Shown here in pieces: positions 60,077 to 64,000 of a stretch of 64,000 nt of DNA (its first letter is position 1; the number at the start of each line of letters is the position of its first letter). The notes beneath the pieces were generated by a model. That model was not told the origin of the DNA, did not search any database, and worked only from the letters and a program-made list of their open reading frames with translations. Source of the stretch: Diplonema japonicum (taxonomy: Eukaryota; Protista; Euglenozoa: Diplonemea); contig OZ025665.1 in the NCBI GenBank assembly GCA_964019335.1, positions 434,001 through 498,000 on the forward strand, in the 5' to 3' direction. The position numbers and the translations under genes are program-made.

Positions 60077-62428
60077 CTAAAGTTTGTAGGTGTAGGAGAA
60101 CCTCCCGTGGGAGACGAGGTTGGAGCAGTCGACGGTAGCGGTGGTGGGGATGTGAAGGCCCTTGGCGCCGTTGTAGAAGACGCAGAAGTTCTCAGCAGCG
60201 CCCTGCTCCTGGTGCTGCGCAGAGGACGGGCAGGGGTAATTCGCAGGGGGTGACACAGACCCGTCCCAGATGTAGCTGAAGGAGTTCTCCTTAGGCCAGT
60301 AACTGCAGTCAGCGCTGAGGGACTGCGGGGGCGGGATGATGACACCGTTGGTGTTGTTCCTCCACTCGCAGGTGCGCGTCCCATCGGTGTTGTTTGTGAC
60401 CACTGTCTCAGGGGGGCACTGGGGCTGCGGCATCGGAGCGCCGCCCTGCACGAAGGCCAGCGTGGGCGCAGATGTGATCCCACACTGGTCGCTGCCCCTC
60501 TCCAGCCTGATGTACCCGTCCTCGCCCCAGTCCGTACCCCACGAGTTCTTGATGAGCCAGTACTTGGTCCCCTGGTCCACACCGTACCCCACCAGCAGCA
60601 CTGCATGGTCGGGCTCGTGGTTGCAGCACCCCGTCATGATGCCCCCTGTGTACGGCCACCACAGCTGCGTCATCGCGTCCACTGTGATGGACACAGGGCC
60701 GTACTTCACGAGAGCGGCCGCCATGGCGTCCTCGCTGTTGTTCACACCGTAATAGCCGGTCACCTTGACGTCTGCCATGGTGTGGCCCGCAGTGCACTGG
60801 GGGACGTTGCCCTGCCCGGAAACGTACGGGTAGCTCTCCTCTGTGGCGTCCCCGTTCTGCTTCACATACTCGATCGCAAGGTACGGCCACCCGCCGTCGC
60901 ACCCGTCGCAGTTCTTTTCGCAGCTCACCAGCTCCTGCTCCGAGAGGCTCTGCAGCGAGTTCCCCGCCATTGCCCACGCACCCTCGATCACACCGGTGGT
61001 GCTGAACGACCAGCAAGAACCACACTGGGCCTGGTTCTTCACAGGGGTGACAACACCCTTCGTCCTCCAGTCGATGGACTCGGGGAGGCTCCTGACGTCC
61101 TCGTCGGTGATGGTAAGCTCCTTCGGGAGTGGCGGCACAGCACCCTCAGGTGTCTTCCTGGCACAGTCTCTGTAGTGGAGCTCGTACTCGGCCTTCGACC
61201 AGTCGGCAAGGCTGTTCGGCATGCCCGTTGCCTTGTTCTTCTTGAGGAAGGCGCTCAGGTGCTTCCTGAAGTTCTCGAACCTCTGCGCCTCCTCCACGGG
61301 GTTCGCGTACTGCTTGCTGTGGTGGGCCTTCCACTTCTGGAACATCTCTTGGTGCCTGTCCAGAGTGTGGGTGCGGTCCACAGGTTCCTCCGAGGTAGCG
61401 GGTCTCTTCTTCCAGTCTGGGAGCTGCTTCGAGTTCCCGAAGATGGACCTGTTCGCAGCGATGGCTGTGCTGATGGAGAAAGATGCGGCACCCCACTCCA
61501 TCTGGCAACTGAACTCGGCGTTGGGGGGAAGGAGGAAGTAGCAGCCTCCCTTGTTCCCGAAGTCGTTCTGGTTGGAGCCCCATGCGCAGACGTTCGCACC
61601 ACCGATCCCGCAGTGGAAGGAGTTGTAGCCGTTGTTCGTGCTGGACGAGGTCACCATCACAACGAGGTCCCGGTCGTTGTGGTTGTTCGTGTAGGCACAG
61701 TCGCACATGTTGGGCTTGGGGTAGGACACCAGGGGGCAGTCCCACTTGGTCTCGACAGCGGCGCTGGGGGTGAGGTAGGGCTGCTTGAAGGACAGGGCAG
61801 ATGAGGTGCGCATGTTGACGCTGCCCTGGGCACGGCAGGTCATCGACGTCTTCGCGGGGAGGATGTAGCCGCAGGAGTAGCCACCTGTCCCGTTCACGGC
61901 GTAGCTGCACAGTGTCATTGTGGCCCCTGCGTTGCTGTAGGTGCAGTCGTACGTGTTCCGGGAGCTGCCGGAGGTCTCGAAGGACTGAGCCACCCACATG
62001 TCAGTGGACTCGGTGTTGGTGAAGGTGCACGAGCCGCCGGTGCAGGGGACGTGCTTCTGCTCCGTCGAGAGGACCGAGCCGGCCAGGGGAGCAGAGTGGG
62101 CCCCGATGAAGTGGATAGTCCCCTGCGACTGGCACTGGAACTGGCCCCCTGCGGGGAGGAGGAAGTAGCAGTCCCCTGCGCTCCCGCTGTCCGCCGCTGA
62201 CCACTTCCTGCTGCAGTAGGTCATCTGCCCGTCGCTGCAGCTGAACGACCCCTCCGTCTCCCCAGACGCAAGCTCTACCTGGAAGAAAATGCTCACAGCC
62301 TCGTCCGCGCTTCCTGTGTTTCGGTAGTTGCAGTTCCCACTTCCCGACGGGCAGTTGATGGATGTCCACTGCATCGCCTGCGCTGAAGCAACGGTCAGCA
62401 GGACCAGCGCTGTTCGTATCGCGGTCAT
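60077..62428 (-). CDS. papain-family (C1A) cathepsin L-like protease with three N-terminal Cys-rich repeats and a C-terminal extension
   Basis: Signal peptide, I29-like prodomain (FQKWKAHHSKQY..EEAQRFENF), LPESIDWR, QCGSCWSF, DHAV and KNSWG. Confidence 0.92.
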   Translation of the reverse strand: MTAIRTALVLLTVASAQAMQWTSINCPSGSGNCNYRNTGSADEAVSIFFQVELASGETEGSFSCSDGQMTYCSRKWSAADSGSAGDCYFLLPAGGQFQCQSQGTIHFIGAHSAPLAGSVLSTEQKHVPCTGGSCTFTNTESTDMWVAQSFETSGSSRNTYDCTYSNAGATMTLCSYAVNGTGGYSCGYILPAKTSMTCRAQGSVNMRTSSALSFKQPYLTPSAAVETKWDCPLVSYPKPNMCDCAYTNNHNDRDLVVMVTSSSTNNGYNSFHCGIGGANVCAWGSNQNDFGNKGGCYFLLPPNAEFSCQMEWGAASFSISTAIAANRSIFGNSKQLPDWKKRPATSEEPVDRTHTLDRHQEMFQKWKAHHSKQYANPVEEAQRFENFRKHLSAFLKKNKATGMPNSLADWSKAEYELHYRDCARKTPEGAVPPLPKELTITDEDVRSLPESIDWRTKGVVTPVKNQAQCGSCWSFSTTGVIEGAWAMAGNSLQSLSEQELVSCEKNCDGCDGGWPYLAIEYVKQNGDATEESYPYVSGQGNVPQCTAGHTMADVKVTGYYGVNNSEDAMAAALVKYGPVSITVDAMTQLWWPYTGGIMTGCCNHEPDHAVLLVGYGVDQGTKYWLIKNSWGTDWGEDGYIRLERGSDQCGITSAPTLAFVQGGAPMPQPQCPPETVVTNNTDGTRTCEWRNNTNGVIIPPPQSLSADCSYWPKENSFSYIWDGSVSPPANYPCPSSAQHQEQGAAENFCVFYNGAKGLHIPTTATVDCSNLVSHGRFSYTYKL

Positions 62429-62744
62429 ATTCTTTTTTTTCCTCTTTATAAACCTGTATATTTTTTTTTTTTAATTCCACCCCCTCTTGGTCCAGCCAGA
62501 CACCCCACCCAGCTGGGCTAAGTGGATGTGTTGAGACGTTCGTGCTTTCATGTCGGCCTGAGTATTGAATCAGAATATGAGCAAATGCTACTACCTTGGA
62601 CGAAGGACCAGACACTCGAATGAAGCGACAGAAAATACAAGCAACGCAGGTACATAAAAAATAAGGTGCAAACTAACAAGGTCATCGGCTGAGCAACCGG
62701 AATAAAGAGGCAAGATGGGAGAAAGAGCTACTCTTTTTTAATTT

Positions 62745-63512
62745 CTAGCTCTCATCACAAGAGGTAGATGTGCAACTGCGGCGTGGGGTGAAGGAGCAGT
62801 CACGTCTGGGGGTTGAGTCCCATCTCATGCGCTTTGCAGGGCGCTGGGGTGATCGAGGTTCCTCCGAATCAATGAGCGATGAGAGGGCGTCGTCTACAGT
62901 ACGGTGGTCGACTTGCTTGACTAACATGCAGAGCTCCTCGCCGGTGTTGGTGAGGACAAGGCGGAGGGAGTGCTTCTTAAAGTAGCTGGCAAGGGGAACA
63001 CGGCCTTCAGATGCCTTTCGTGCTTCCATGACCTTGAGAATACGCGAGGAGGCAGTGCTGAACACTTGACACCCTGAACAGAACTCGTATGTGAAGACAG
63101 GTGTTGCACACAATAGGCAATTCCCAGTGGTGGGCTCATCATGGCACCATTCCATGAGCCACTGCTTCATCGACTGCAGCAGCTTGTCATGTGTCTCCTC
63201 ACTCAACTGGGTTTGTTTGTGCGGTTCAATCTGGTAGTACTTCCGCAGTACTTCTACACTCGCGGACTTGCCCCCGTACTGCACCTGCGAAATGGCCTCC
63301 CCCTTTTCTAGCATATCGACACACACTCGCAAGTCCTTTATCAGGTAGCTTCCCACAACGCACTTTGCCACCCTGTATATGCGCTCCGCCTGCTTCATCC
63401 TCACCGTCGCGTTGCACATGAAGAACTCTGACACCAGCCGCACAAGATCCTTGCACAGCTCACGGCCGTGCAGGCCTCTTATAACTTGTAACCTTGCGGA
63501 CTTCGCACTCAT
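62745..63512 (-). CDS. hypothetical protein with CxxC..CxxC motif
   Basis: 255-aa ORF on the gene-coding strand containing CLLC..CSGC. Confidence 0.65.
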   Translation of the reverse strand: MSAKSARLQVIRGLHGRELCKDLVRLVSEFFMCNATVRMKQAERIYRVAKCVVGSYLIKDLRVCVDMLEKGEAISQVQYGGKSASVEVLRKYYQIEPHKQTQLSEETHDKLLQSMKQWLMEWCHDEPTTGNCLLCATPVFTYEFCSGCQVFSTASSRILKVMEARKASEGRVPLASYFKKHSLRLVLTNTGEELCMLVKQVDHRTVDDALSSLIDSEEPRSPQRPAKRMRWDSTPRRDCSFTPRRSCTSTSCDES

Positions 63513-64000
63513 TATCGTTTTCTTTTAAAAAAAAAGAAAGATGTGTATCACCCCAACCTAAAGGTGCGTTTGGTTTTTTTTTGACGGGAAAAGGTATAAT
63601 AAAGGAAACAAGGCTTCGAGGCCAAAAGGTGGGCACTCGATAGGCATCATTTTTATTGCTAACGTTGTTCAAATAGGAGTAATAGGGATAGGGGTTAGGG
63701 GGTAGCGGAAGGTGTGGTTCAGCTATTGATCGGCTCACCTTGCACAGAGAGATAGAGAAAGACGGTGTGCATGATGCACCGCGAGCGTTGCGACACAGAA
63801 AAGAAAAAGGTAAATGCTTCCTTGCGGTTGATGTCCCTGTGGATGGGGGCTGTTTCATCATTTTACTTTGCAAGAAAGAAGGGGGTCATAAGGGGGTGGT
63901 TAGAGGCCCAAAATACCCTTAGCGAAAAACTGAAATTTTGCAAAAAGTGGCCCTTTTTAAGGATTATATGTTGGCAAGAAACGGGGAAACGTTTCCGTTT

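Overview
This is a eukaryotic nuclear window. Every credible host gene (about 25) lies on the minus strand, and the genes are separated by homopolymer-rich spacers. That layout suggests one polycistronic, trans-spliced unit. A spliced-leader-like relic and many tiny GT-AG cis-introns (31-66 nt, often poly-A filled) point to a euglenozoan, probably diplonemid-like (inference). Host genes include ARF, AK7-like, WDR12/YTM1, TMEM43-like, an FHA-HMG-SNF2 fusion, an inositol 5-phosphatase, p24, PF16/SPAG6, a dual-specificity phosphatase, SWR1 and an unusual cathepsin L-like protease. There is also a 5-copy tandem array of HXXXD acyltransferases containing a decayed piggyBac. The main finding is two divergent but architecturally identical, apparently intact APE-RT non-LTR retrotransposons. 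In both, ORF1 begins with an OTU-like domain lacking the catalytic residues, and ORF2 lies behind a 2A-like (NPG/P) peptide about 61-63 codons after the ORF1 stop. Element A reaches ORF2 through an in-frame UGA-C with no AUG, and element B through an AUGA stop-start overlap. Element A carries a 16-nt spliced-leader relic folded into a hairpin at its 5' end. Element B fills almost the whole of a spliceosomal intron of SWR1. All calls are by eye; no database searches were run.
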